Shown piece by piece: positions 23,480 through 35,459 of a DNA stretch of 64,000 nucleotides. The notes beneath the pieces are model-generated. The model was not told the origin of the DNA and did no database searches. It saw only the letters and a program-made list of their open reading frames with translations. Within the stretch, counting starts at the first letter, position 1; every line of letters starts with the position of its first letter. Source of the stretch: Hypanus sabinus (Eukaryota); the NCBI RefSeq assembly GCF_030144855.1, contig NC_082730.1, forward strand, positions 1,488,001-1,552,000. The letters run 5' to 3'. Made by a program: the position numbers and the translations under genes.

Positions 23480-26340
23480 TGTTGTTATTTAATTAATAAT
23501 TGGTTTACTACTGGCATGTACTGAGGTACAGTGACATTTTTGTTTTGTATGCATAATTCATTTCATTACATCAGTGCGTGATGTAGTATGAGTGAAAACA
23601 ATAACAGAATACAGAATAAAGTGTTGCAGTTCCAGAGAAAGTGCAGCGCAGGCTGACAATAACTTGCAAGGGCCATAATGCAGCAGATGGTGAGGTCAAG
23701 AATAGCCTAACATACTAAGGAAACAGAAGCCATCCTTGAGCCTGGTGGTATGTACCATCGGGCTTTTACATCTTCTGCCCAATGGGACCGGGGAGAAGAG
23801 AGAATGTTCAGGGTCATATTGGCAGCTTTATGGAGGCAAAGAAGTATAGAAAGAGTCACATGCAGGGTGGTAGTCAAACGAAACCATGATGTCTCCAGAT
23901 AGGATGCTTTCTACAAAGAATGGTGAGGGTCATTGAGTATCTGCCAATTGCATTCAGCCTCATAAGGAAGAAGAGAAGCTGGTGAGTTTTCAATAAGCAT
24001 TGGTGTTGAACGAATGAATGAATGATCTTTATTGTCATTAAATATAGATACAATGAAACTGTTTGGCTTCCTCTCAGGCAATTAAATAAAGTGGTAAATA
24101 AAAACATGAATAGTGGTAAATAGAAAAACAGTATTAAATAGATAAGTAGCAGAAAATAAGTTGCAGCAGCACCAGAATATCACAGTAATGAACCAAGTGC
24201 CATTAGTGCAAGTATTTGAGTCCTTGTGTGTGCATGTGTGTGCTCACAGTTTCAGTCATTGTTCTGTGGGAGTGGTGTGATGGAGGCCACAGCTCTGGGG
24301 TAGAAGCTGTTCCTCAGTCTATTTGTTCTGGCTTTTAGTGTCCTGAACATTTTGCTGGACAGCAGCGGTCCAAACAGGGAGTGGCCGGGGTGTGGGTTAT
24401 GCTGATTGCTTTCCTCCTGAGTCTGCTGGAATAGATGGTGTCCAGTCCTGGGTTGCAACACAATTTCCCTCTGCACATCAATGCTCTTGTCATTTGCAGT
24501 GTACTTTGCTCCAAAGTCAAATGCAAAAGCAAAGTGTTATCATTTCAGAGGACCTGTCCTGGGCCCAGAATGTAAGTACAATTAGAAAGAAAGTATCTCT
24601 ACTTCCTTAGGCATGACATCTAAAACTTTGATAAACTGCTAAAGATGTGCAGTATAGAGTATACAGACTGGCAGCATCACAGCCTGGTTTGGAAACACCA
24701 AAGCCCTTGAACAGAAAATCCTACAAAAGGTAGTGGATACAGCTTAGTCTATCACAGGTAAAGGCCTCCCCATTTCTGAGCACATTTACATGAAATGTCA
24801 CAGGAAAGCAGCATCCATCATCAGGGATGCCCTCCACCAAGAATATTCTCTCATCTTCTTGTTGCCATCAGGAAGAAGGTACAGCAGCCTCAGAACTCAC
24901 ACCACCATGTTCAGGAACAGTTATAACTCCTCAACCATCAGGCTCTTGAACCAAAGAGGATAACTTCACTTGCCCCATCACTGAACTGTTTCCACAACCT
25001 GTGGAATTACCTTCAAGGACACTTCATCTCATGTTCTTGCTATTTATTGCTTATTTATTTGTAATTATTATAATTTATTTCTTCACAGTTTGTACTCTTT
25101 TTCACACTGGTTGAATGTACAAGTTGAGTTGAATTGAATTGTATTGAATTGTCTTTATTTCTTATATCCTTCGTATACAAGAGTAAAAATATTTATGTTA
25201 CATCTGTCTAAGTGTGCAATTTATAGTAATTTATGATAAATAGTATGTACACCAGGATCGTCAATATAACATAGAAATACAATTGTACATGAGTTTATCA
25301 GCCTGATGGCCTGGTGGAAGAAGCTGTCACGGAGCCTGTTGGTCTGGGCTTTTATGCTATGGTACGATTTCCCAGATGGTAGCAGCTGGAACAGTTTGTG
25401 GTTGGGGTGACTCTGGTCCCCAATGATCCTTCGGGCCCATTTCTCACACCTGTCTTTGTAAACGTTTTCAATAGTGGGAAGTTCACCACTCTCTGCAGAG
25501 TCCTGCAATTGAGGTAAGTACAGTTCCCATACCAGGCAGTGATGCAGTCAGTCAGGATGCTCTCAATTGTGCTGCTGCAAAAAGTTCTGAGGATTTGGGG
25601 GCCCATATCAAACTTCTTCACTGAGGTGAAAGAGGCACTGTTGTGCTTTTATCACCACATAGCCAGTATGTACAGACCACATGAGATCCTCGGTGAAGTT
25701 TATGCCGAGGAACTTAAAGCTGTTCACCCTCTCAACTTCAGATGTCAGTCGGGGTTAGACTGTCTCCATTCCTCCTGTAGTCCACACAACCACCTCCTTT
25801 ATTTTTGCGATATTGAAGGAGAGATTGTTTTCATGACACTACTGTGTCAGGGTGATGATTTTTTCTGTAGGCTGCCTCATTATTATTTGAGATTTGATTA
25901 TTTGAGATCAATGTAGTGTCATCAGCAAATTTAATTAGCAGATTGGAGCCGTGGGTGGCGACACAGTCATGGGTGTACAGAGAGTAAAGGAGGGGACTTA
26001 GGACACACCCCTGAGGGACACCTGTGTTGAGGGGCAGAGGTGGGGGAGCCCACTCTTACCACCTGCTGGCGATCTGACTGCAAATCCAGGATGCAGCTAC
26101 ACAAGGTAGGGTGAAGGCAGAGGGCTCTGAACTTCTTGTTGAGACTGGAGGGAATTACGCTGTTGAATACAGAACTGTAGTCCAAGAACAGCATTCTCAC
26201 ATAAGCATCCTCCTGTGAGGTCTTTCATTAATTCTATTATTTTCATTGGATTTATTGAGAATGCTTGCAAAAAATGAAGCTCAGGGATATATATGGTGAC
26301 ATACTGTACTTTGATAATAAATTTACTTTAAACTTTAATC
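23480..26340. mobile_element. Cluster of Rex1/Babar LINE 3' fragments in both orientations
   Basis: ORFs 24252-24476, 25221-25508, 25352-25621 and 25967-26200 (RMLFLDYSSVFN, IESILT.CITAWYGN, TNRLR.SF); + strand copy at 24520-25130. Confidence 0.8.
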
Positions 26341-26349
26341 AAAAGTACA

Positions 26350-27110
26350 TCTCATACTTGCCCAGATCAAGTTCTATCTTCCAGTTCTCTGTCCAAATTT
26401 CCAACTGCTCTGTATTTTTTGACAAACTATTCATTCATATGTTCGCCTGGTCTGTGCTTGGCCTCACTGTGCAGAGGACACCACAACAGGTGAGGTTGGA
26501 GGAGGTATATGTGAATCTGTGCATCGCTTGGAAAGTCTATTTAAATCCCCAGATGGCATTGAGGAAGGAGGTGTGCAGTCACTTGGCATCTCCTGTGGGT
26601 GCAGGGAAAGTACTAGAAGGTGGGAAGGGTGGGTGCAGAGAGGTGAGTGAGGAGAGAAGAGTGCCCAGGGAAAGCAGAAAGGGGTGGAGAGGGGAAGGTG
26701 TAACTGATGGTGGGATCATGTTGCAGCTGGTAAAAATATGGATGTGGATGTGCTGAAAGTGAAGGCTGGTGGCGTGAAAAGTGAGGACCAGGAACTCAAT
26801 CTCTGTTCTGTCTGGGCTGGTGGGGGTGAGGGCAGATCTGTAGGAAGCAACAGGGAGCACCACGTTCTGAAGGAGCAGGATATTCAGAATGTCTGGGAGC
26901 AGAAAGCCTAGATCTGAGTGCAGATACAGTGGAACTGAGAAGGGGTGGCATCTATACAGGATGGAAGTGTAATGGAGAAACCTCTGGGTTTGTAGTAGGT
27001 ATTGGTGGATAGTTCATTTCCTGTCACGGAGGCTGGGAGATCCAGAAAAGGAAGAGAGGTGGCCAAAATAGGACTAGCAAAACTGAGAATGTCCATTGAT
27101 GCTGATTGGT
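26350..27110 (-). mobile_element. Penelope-like element RT/GIY-YIG fragment
   Basis: SLPFLDL.ASVTGNELSTNTYYKP and LVLTFHATSLHFQHI motifs. Confidence 0.7.
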
Positions 27111-27193
27111 TGGACTGTCCAGTGGTCCTAATTGGCTGTAGATGGCTCCTTCCTTGGTCGGTGACACTGTTCTCTCTTCCTTCTCTGTTGCAG

Positions 27194-27738
27194 GACGGAG
27201 CGGTGGGGCCTGGGGCTTTGCAGTGTCCTGAGTTCCGCTGGAGCTGGAAGAAGACGGGTTCCTCTGTGCTCCTGGCCCGAGCCTTCCACAGCGCAGACCT
27301 GGTGGGAGACAGGCTGGTAGTCTACGGAGGGATGCGATCAGCAGAGCCCGGAGAGGGGCCGCTGGGTGATGCAGTGATTCTAGGGGTGGGCTCATTGGCA
27401 GTGGAGGGAGTGGTGTCGGGTGGGCCACCCCGCAGTCACCATGCCACAGTGGTGCTGCAGGAGCGTTGGTTGCTTGTGGTGGGAGGGTGGGACGGCAAGA
27501 GGCGGCTGGCTGGGGTTCACGCCCTGGACCTGGGTGGGTACGAGACCGAGCCCGGCTTCTGGAGGCAACTGGAGCAGGAGCAGCACAGCCAGGCACCTGT
27601 GGGACTGAGTGGCCACAGTGTCAGCAAGCTGAGCGAGCAGCGGCTGTGGGTGGTGGGACGGGAGGGAGGGGTCCGCACCCAGAGGAGGTTTGCCAGCATC
27701 TTCCAGCTTCAAGTGGACATGCAGCATGGACGCTTCCG
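27194..27738 (+). CDS. KLHDC9: Kelch domain-containing protein 9, exon 2
   Basis: Pyrimidine tract + CAG acceptor; CG|GTGAGT donor. LLARAFHS, PPRSHH, VVGGWDG.RRLA and GREGG..TQRR match KLHDC9. Confidence 0.93.
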
Positions 27739-28246
27739 GTGAGTCAGCCAGACATTCTAAACCGTTCCTATCCATGTATTTGTCCAAGAGTCTTTTAAAT
27801 GCTGTTAACTTACCTGCCTCAACACATCTCCTGGCAGCTTGTTCTATATGCTGACCAGCCTCTGGGTGAAGAAATTGCCTCTCAGGTTCCTATTAAATCT
27901 TTGTCCTCTGCTTCTTGATTCTCCAATTGTGTGAAAAAGACCATGCACATTCACCCTATCTATGCCTCTATAAGGTCATCCTTCCTTCTCCTAAAACAGT
28001 CCTTAACTACTCAGCCTCTCTCTATCCCAGCAAGGTCTGCACTCTTTCCAGCTTAATGGCATCTTTTCTATAGCAAGGTGTTGGCACATGATATTCCAAA
28101 TGCAGGCTCACTAAACATCTTGTACAACTGTAACATATCTCAGCTTCTACACTCAGTGCTGTAACTGATGAAGACCACCAGGACAGAAGCCTTTTTCACC
28201 ACCCGTTCTGTGACTCCACTTTTAGGGAAATATGCAATTTTATTCT

Positions 28247-28473
28247 TGGATCCCTCTGTCCTACAACACTCCCCAGGGGCCTACCATTCACTAGGAAATT
28301 CCCCTGGATCCCTCTGTTCTACAACATTCCCCAGGGTCCTATCGTTCACTAGGAAATTTCCCTGGATCCCTCTGTTCTACAACACTCCCCAGGGCCCAAA
28401 CATTTGCTGGGAAATTCCCCTGGATCCCTCTGTTCTACAACACTCCCCAGGGCCCTATCGTTCACTAGGAAAG
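28247..28473. repeat. ~58-bp tandem repeat x4 derived from CR1 sequence
   Basis: GGATCCCTCTGTTCTACAACACTCCCCAGGG...CACTAGGAAATTCCCCT repeated. Confidence 0.9.
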
Positions 28474-29520
28474 TCCTGCCCTCCTTTGAACATAGAGATC
28501 TACAGCACATTACAGGCCTTTCGGCCCACAATGTTGTGCTGACCATGTAACCTACTCTAGAGACTGCATACAATTTCCCTAGCACATAGCCTTCTATTTT
28601 CCTAAGCTCCATGTAAAAGGCCCTATTGTATCCTCCTCCACCACCGTCACTGGCAGTGCATTCCATACACCCACCACTCCCTGTGTGACAAACTTACTCC
28701 TGACAATCCTCTCAGTACCTATTTCCAAGCACTGTAAAACTACACCCCCACGTGTTAGCCATTTCAGCCATAGGATAAAGCCTCTGGCTATCCACACAAT
28801 CAATTCCCATCATCATTTTATATACCTCTATCAGGTCACTTCTCATCCTCAGTTGCTCCAAGGGGAAAAGGCCAAGTTCACTCAACCTATTATCATAAGG
28901 TATGCTCTCCAATCCAGGCAACATCCTTGTAAATCTCCTCTGTGCTCTCTCTATAGTATCCACATCCTTAAGTGAGTGACCTGAAATAAACGCAGTACTC
29001 GAAGTGGGGTCTGACCAAGGTCTGATATACCTCACGGCTCTTGAACTCAATCCCACGATTGATGAATACCAACACATTATATGCCTTAACAACACTGTCA
29101 ACCTGCGCAGCAGCTTTTGAGTGTCCTATCGACACGGACTCCAAGATCTCTCAGATCCTCCACACTGCCAAGAGTCTTACCATTTATATTATATTCTGTC
29201 TTAAAATTGACCTACCCAAATGAACCACTTCACACTTTTCTGGGTTGAACTCCATCTGCCCCTTCTCAATTCCATTTTGCATCCTATCAATGTCATGCTG
29301 TAACCTCTGACAGCCTTCCACACTATCCACAACACCCCCAATCTTTGTGTCATCAGCAAACTTACTAACCCACTCTTCTACTTCTTCATCCAGGTCATTT
29401 ATAAAAATGCAACACTTTATTTTCCCAAAATGCAACACTTCATACTGACCCAAATTAAGCTCTATTTGCCATCCTTCACCCCACTTCCCCATCTGATCCC
29501 TTCTGAATCCTGATAACACA

Positions 29521-30221
29521 TGTAACCTTCTTACTGGGACTCATACAAACTTAGATCATTAGCTACCTCTGCTAACAGCCATGTGGCCCAGTGGTGAGGC
29601 CACCTTTTGTAAGTAATGTATGTCTAGCGTTGGTATGATTTGGAGTTCAATCAAACAGGAACGTTGCGATGTTCTGATGAAAGGAACAATTTGAGTGAAT
29701 GCTGTATAAATACTGTCCATACCCAGTTATCAGTAGTCCAGAAATGACAGATCATTCACCAACATAAAATTATAAAGAAAGTATATTTATCAATTTTCAA
29801 CTTTATCAAACAGCTAACAAAGAAACAAAAAGAAAAAAAGAGGGCCTATTACAGTTACACATAAACGTTGGAGCTCATTTCTGTATTAGCTGTGTGTATT
29901 GCTTTACTCACGGCACTTAATTCCCATCACCAAGCGCAGGCTGAACTTCCCTTCTTGAAATTCTCTGCCTTGAGAAGCACTCCGTGCATTTGGGTCTTCC
30001 CTGGTGCTCTTCTCTCCATGCCTCCCGCCAAAAGGACCTCAAACCAGTGTGCTGTCCTTCAGAAATCTTATCTTGCCCAGCTCTCTAGAACCTTCTCACC
30101 CATCCCACAATCCTGATTAGCTGACATTCCTAAATTGGACAATGTGGCTCCTTATCTTTTTTACAGAATCTGCTAAAATACCTCATGGCACAGCAGTAGA
30201 AATTTTAACCAGGGCACTATA
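29521..30221. mobile_element. Solo LTR (Gypsy-like) with 4-bp target-site duplication CACA
   Basis: Begins TGTAACC and ends GGGCACTATA; CACA at 29517-29520 and 30222-30225; the host CR1 continues across it. Confidence 0.6.
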
Positions 30222-30442
30222 CACATCTCCACTATCGAACACCACCAACTTTTCATGACATCCACGTACTTGCTAATCATGCTTTGTAGATTCCCATTCG
30301 AGTGGTGTGGGAGTGCAAGAAGGGAGGGGATAGGGTAGTGGGAAGCCAGACCACTCCCCCGACATCTTGCAGCGACCGTGTTGTGAGAGGGCTCTGATGA
30401 GACTATGGAGCATGGGGTCTCTGACTGCCTGTCCCTCCCCAG

Positions 30443-30605
30443 GTATGAGGAGCAGGCCTCACGCACGGCCTCGCGCTCTGGACACTCGGCTACCCTGTGT
30501 CAGAGGGGGGGCCGAGGGGAGGCCACCTTTCAGCTGCTGCTGTTTGGGGGACGCAACACACCTGGCTTTGAGGTGGCTGGGCACTGGAAGGAAGGGGTCG
30601 TGAAG
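30443..30605 (+). CDS. KLHDC9: KLHDC9 exon 3
   Basis: CCCCAG|G; YEEQASRTASRSGH..QLLLFGG..EVAGHW; AAG|GTCAGT; phases 2 to 0. Confidence 0.92.
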
Positions 30606-30790
30606 GTCAGTGATGGGGGAGCGGGTGTGAGGGTCAGTGACAGGGAGGGGGGGTGTGAGGGTCAGTGACGGGGAAGGGGGTGTGTGGGTCAGTGACGGGG
30701 AAGGGGGTGTGTGGGTCAGTGACGGGGAAGGGGGGTGTGTGGGTCAGTGATGGTGAAGGGGGGAGTGAGGGTCAATGATGAGGATGTGGT
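30606..30790. repeat. 27-28-bp G-rich minisatellite starting at the exon 3 donor
   Basis: GTCAGTGACGGGGAAGGGGGTGTGTGG, about 6-7 copies. Confidence 0.9.
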
Positions 30791-31085
30791 CAGGAAGATC
30801 AGAGTGGGGAGGGTGGGTATCTTGCTCAGTGATGAGGAGGGGTAGGGAAGAGTGATTGGGAAGGTGAGGGGAAATTACCCTGGAAGGTTCAGCAGGGATA
30901 AACAGTGGGAGGAAGGAGACTGCTGGAGGAGATGGAATGGCAGAGTGGAGAGGACAGAGGAGATAAACCTGAGAATGGAAGGAAAAGCTGCAATGGAAGT
31001 GTGCGGCTCTAGGGAGGGTGGATGATGGGATAGTCCAGTTGACTATTTCCCCATTGATACTAACCACCTCTCTGATGCCCCACAG

Positions 31086-31284
31086 CCCCAGCAACCCTCT
31101 GCCCAAGGCTTGGTTGAGAAGTTGAGCTCCCTTATTGCTGACAAGGTGGTGACCCCTGGCAGCCCAACACCTCGCCGACACCACTCCATGGTTCAGCTGG
31201 GACCTTTCACCCTGTTGCATGGGGGTGAATCATTCAAGAAGGCCATCGACACAATCTGCAGTGACCTCTACATCTATGACACAC
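31086..31284 (+). CDS. KLHDC9: KLHDC9 exon 4
   Basis: CACAG acceptor (alternative in-frame start at 31092); RHHS..GPF..L.GGE...DTICSDLYIYDT; C|GTGAGT. Confidence 0.9.
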
Positions 31285-31455
31285 GTGAGTGTCAGAGACC
31301 TTGACAGGGAGCTTAACTCTGTTTGACCTATGCCCTGGCGAATGTGGTGGGACAGTGTCAAGGGAGTTTCACTCTGACTCTGACCCGTGCCCTGGGAGTG
31401 TGTGATGGGCCTAGGTTCACAGCGAGTATTTGATCCCAGTCTCTTGTTTCCTCAG

Positions 31456-31622
31456 GATCTTGTGCTGGGCAGTGGTACCGGTTCCCTGACTCTGATGTAG
31501 AGCTGAAGAGAGTTGGACATCGGATGGTAGTGCTAGGGGAGCAGCTGTGTGTGATCGGAGGTCTGGGACCAGGCGGCAAGGACTGTCCTCCTGATATCTA
31601 CACCCTGGACCTCCACTGCTGA
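31456..31622 (+). CDS. KLHDC9: KLHDC9 last exon (protein ~359 aa including the putative exon 1)
   Basis: CTCAG|GA; WYRFPDSDVELKRVGHR..QLCVIGGLG..IYTLDLHC-stop. Not present in the supplied ORF track. Confidence 0.92.
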
Positions 31623-31649
31623 CCCTGGCTGTGGGAACCCTGTGATTCA

Positions 31650-31655
31650 AATAAA
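31650..31655 (+). terminator. KLHDC9 polyadenylation signal
   Basis: AATAAA 27 nt after the stop codon, followed by GT-rich sequence. Confidence 0.7.
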
Positions 31656-32429
31656 GATGCTGTCTGCCCCATTCGTGTGGAATGCTTATCGTGTTCTGGG
31701 CTTTTATCCTACGTTTATACAGCATGGAATCAGGCCATCTGGCCTAGCAGGTCCACGCTGGCCAGTATCTGTATTGCTCCCATCTCCAGTACTTGTCTTT
31801 GTGGTCTTTTGAGTCAAGGGGACATTGAGCTCATCTGGACAATTGTTAAATGTCAGTGGTGTAGTTCCCCCACTCTCTCCAGCTGTGTTCCAAGTACTCC
31901 CCACCCTTCACCTTCTTCATACAGGTGATAAACATGTCCTTCTAAATCCCTCCTCAATACCCTGAATTTATGTGGCCCAGTTTTACCAAGCCATGATGAG
32001 ATACCTCTGGTTTCTGCCACCCCTGCAGGCAACCTCATCAACTGTCAGTCTGCTCTCTAATATTTAATCCTGCTCACACCACACCTTCCACTTTTGTTCT
32101 GTATGCTTCTCCCCAAACCCCACCCCTCCTGCAAGTTGAAGCTTGCTTCCTGTCGACATTGAGCCAGGCAGGTAACCCAATCCACACGAACAGCCAAACA
32201 CTCAGTGTTTCTCACTGGGCTGAGCAGGAGGGTCAGAGTCAGACAGAAGCGTAACAGGCCATTAAACTGTCAGTGACTCCCTCCAGCTGTGTGTCAAAGG
32301 CACTTGTCACTCTCTGAGTGACAAAGGTACCTACCCCGCTTCCTCCTCACCCTGATCTGTGTCCTTTAATTTCATCCACCTCAAGGTATAGGGAAAATTC
32401 CTGCAGTCTGTTCTGTCTCATTTTATATA

Positions 32430-33376
32430 CAGTTTTCTCCCCCCCCCCCCTTTACAAAGGTAGAGCGTTCCTATGAAACCTTTCTTAAACCGAAATGGCG
32501 TAAAGCAGGGGTCGGCAACCAGCGGCTCCGGAGCCACATGCGGCTCTTTCATCGCTGTGCTGCGGCTCCCCGTGGTTTGTTAGTTTTTGAAATGTAATTC
32601 GAAATTTGAAGATTATGGTGATCTTGTACAATCTAAAAACGTGGAGACCCCATTTCCTGGCACATCTGAACCGCTCACAATTAGCCACCGTTCCGGCTAA
32701 GGGAGATAGCCTACGGGGGTTTGTGAGTACGTGTCTTTTGGAGCATCCGCGCCCACGGGGACGGGTTGAGGGAGGCTTTAAAGCAAGGCTGTTTAGTTCG
32801 AATAAAGTTACCTTTGACTGCAGTGTCTTTATTTTAGCGCTGCGTGTAGCACACCGCTACGTGTTTTTTATCGCTATTAATATACATCACCACTGCCAAT
32901 GCCTGACACCCGCCAGTGCGCGCTTTCTTTTAATTCTTCGATCCAAGGTAGGCTAACTATGGAGTAACCTTCAACCCAACGTCTTTTTTTCAGAGTTCAA
33001 AATGTTTTTGTTGCATGCAGAAATTTAATTTCGTTTTCTCTGCAGTTCATCAATTTCATAAATGCAACACATTATAGTTTGTTTATACATAGCATAAAGG
33101 CAAAAAAAACCGTTGTATGCAGTGTTATTTCATTTTAAATGTCAAACGGGTTTTGTGACTCCCAGTGTTTTCTTTTCTGTGGGAAATGGGTCCATATTGG
33201 CTCTTTCAGTGGTAAACGTTGCCGACCCCTGGCGTAAAGCGATGAACCATTAATTTATATGGGAAAAGCGTTTGTCAAAGCGAAAATCCTTTGTAATGCG
33301 AAAACAGGTACTAATGTAGGTCTTTTGTAAAAGCGAAGTGGCATAAAGCGAACATTCGTAAAGCTGGGGACACCTG
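32430..33376. mobile_element. Tc1/mariner (Tigger-like) MITE interrupted by a hAT element
   Basis: TA|CAG...GGGGACACCTG|TA termini; the left terminus is decayed. Confidence 0.6.
32506..33231. mobile_element. Young non-autonomous hAT transposon
   Basis: TIRs CAGGGGTCGGCAAC / GTTGCCGACCCCTG; perfect 8-bp TSD GCGTAAAG; CpGs retained. Confidence 0.93.
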
Positions 33377-35092
33377 TATTCCAGTCTCGCCTCTCCTAAC
33401 TTCCTCCAATCCTGGGGGAGCAGACCTTGCCTCTCTTCAGAAGTGAAATCCAATGTCCCAGGCAACATGTTGATGAATTCCCCTCTGCACTGTTCAGTGA
33501 TAATCACATTCTTCCTGTAGCCTGCAGACCAGAACTGCACTTAGTAGTCCAGCTGAGGACCGAGCAAGGTTTTAAGAAATTGAAACAACTTTTCTACTCT
33601 TGTACTCAGTGACAGTAGTAATCATGATCAGTATCCCTCATGCTATCTTAATGACAACGTCTACCTGAGCTGCCACCTTCAGGGATCTTTTATTTTGCAC
33701 ACCAAGGTCCCTCTGTTTGTCAATACTCCAACCTTGTCATTCATGGTTTCTGTCATCAAACCTCCAGCATCTACATTTGAGTCATTCACATGAACTACAA
33801 ACTGCAAGGGTCCTAGCACCTATCCCTGTGTAACACAAATCACCCTTTACCACGTCAGTAACACTTCCATTTCCCATTTGCCTTGAATCCCATGGGCTCT
33901 AATCTAATGGTCCAGTCTCCCCTGCAGGACCTCGTCAAAGGCTTTACTGATCTTACAGACATCAACAATATACTTCATTACCTCAGAAATATTCATTCAA
34001 ATTAGTAAGCCACGATTTTCTACAAACACAGCTATGCTGTGTATCCTGTATCAATCTCTCTGCCTTTCCACTGTAAATGGATCCTGTGCCTCAGATGCTT
34101 GGCCCACTGTATGTTCCCTACTCCCCTCTTTGAATGGGAATTGGGGGCACATTTGTCATCCTCCAGTTATCCATCTGGCAGCACATTGGTGTTCAGGGAA
34201 GGTTTCAAAATCTGCCATGACTCCAGCCATCTCTTTCACCTTCCACAGCAGCTTGGGACAGGGTCTGTACATTCTCCCCATGGAACGTGGGTTTCCCCCA
34301 CAGTCCAAAGAACTACTGATTAATAGGTTAATTTGTCGTTGTAAATCGTCCTGTGATTAAGCTGGGGTTAAATCAGGAGATGCCAGGTTGGGAGGTTCAA
34401 AAGGCCAGAAGGGCTTGTTCCACACTGTATCTCAACAAACAATCCCACCCAGATATCACATCTCTTTGATTAGTAAGACCTGAACCACACTTTCATCTTC
34501 CTCTTAGCGGGTTTAGCAGTTCCTCTTTGTGAATGCTCCAAGTATTCATTTAAGCTCTCACCTACACTTTCTGGTTTCATATACATGGACCTTGCTCTGT
34601 TCCTGGGCATTCTTTTGTCTTTAATATTCTTACAAACCATCTTCAGATTTTCCAACCCTTTGATTTCCTTTGCAAGTCTCTCCCTACATTTCGTCTCTTC
34701 CTGTCATTAGTTTGCTTCACCTACCACATGGTTCATTTTTCCTCTTTATCCAACCCTTCAAATCCCTCTAGATCCAGGTTCTGCACTTGCTTTCCTTACA
34801 GGAATGTGTCAGCCCTCAATTTGCTGCTTTTACACTGAATGCTTCCCACAGTTTAGATGTCACCTTACCTAAAAGTCAGTGCTTCCAGTCTACTATTCTT
34901 TGGTCCTATCGTTTTAAGAAAATCAGGCTTCCCCCATTTAAGCACTTTATTCTATGTCACCTATTCTATTCACAAACCACATAGATATACAAAGTTATGG
35001 CCATTATTTCCCAACTGGTGCTTAGGAGTAGAAGATTGTGAATCACTGCCTCCATCCGACCAGCTATATTGCCCAAGACAAGGTGTAGTGAT

Positions 35093-35263
35093 GCACTTTC
35101 CTTGTCCGTCCATCTACATCCAATCTCGAAGCGCTGTCTCTGGGCCTTAAACACTCCCTTGTCCACCCATCTACATCCACCCTCAGAGCTGTGTCTTGAA
35201 CACTTCCCTTGTCCGTCCATCCACATCTAATCTCGAGGGGCTATCTCTGGGCCTTAAACACTC
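35093..35263. repeat. ~55-bp tandem repeat x3
   Basis: CCTTGTCCGTCCATCTACATCC...GGGCCTTAAACACT units. Confidence 0.8.
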
Positions 35264-35459
35264 AGTCCCACAGTCCAAAGACTCCCAGGTAACACCTGGG
35301 AAAGTGAAATAATGAACTCATGTACTCTACTTCAATATTTTTCCTCTTTTTGCACTTATTAAATTTGTATATTTATATGCAAACCAGTACAAGATTTATA
35401 TTTCTTATGGGAATTTATTTCTTATTATATATTATATTATATATTTCTTATTTATATTT

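Larger units (their letters stand above)
27760..30290 (-). mobile_element. Nested CR1 fragments in KLHDC9 intron 2
   Basis: ORFs 28712-29101 and 29184-29519 (KFADDTK, ERAQRRFTRMLPG). Confidence 0.8.

Noticed and set aside
27002-27193. N-terminal extension of the KLHDC9 ORF (Met at 27087)
   Set aside because: It overlaps a Penelope fragment and a polypyrimidine tract/acceptor, so it is more likely intron.
28247-35263. Tandem repeats as CRISPR-like arrays
   Set aside because: Eukaryotic DNA, no unique spacers and no cas genes.
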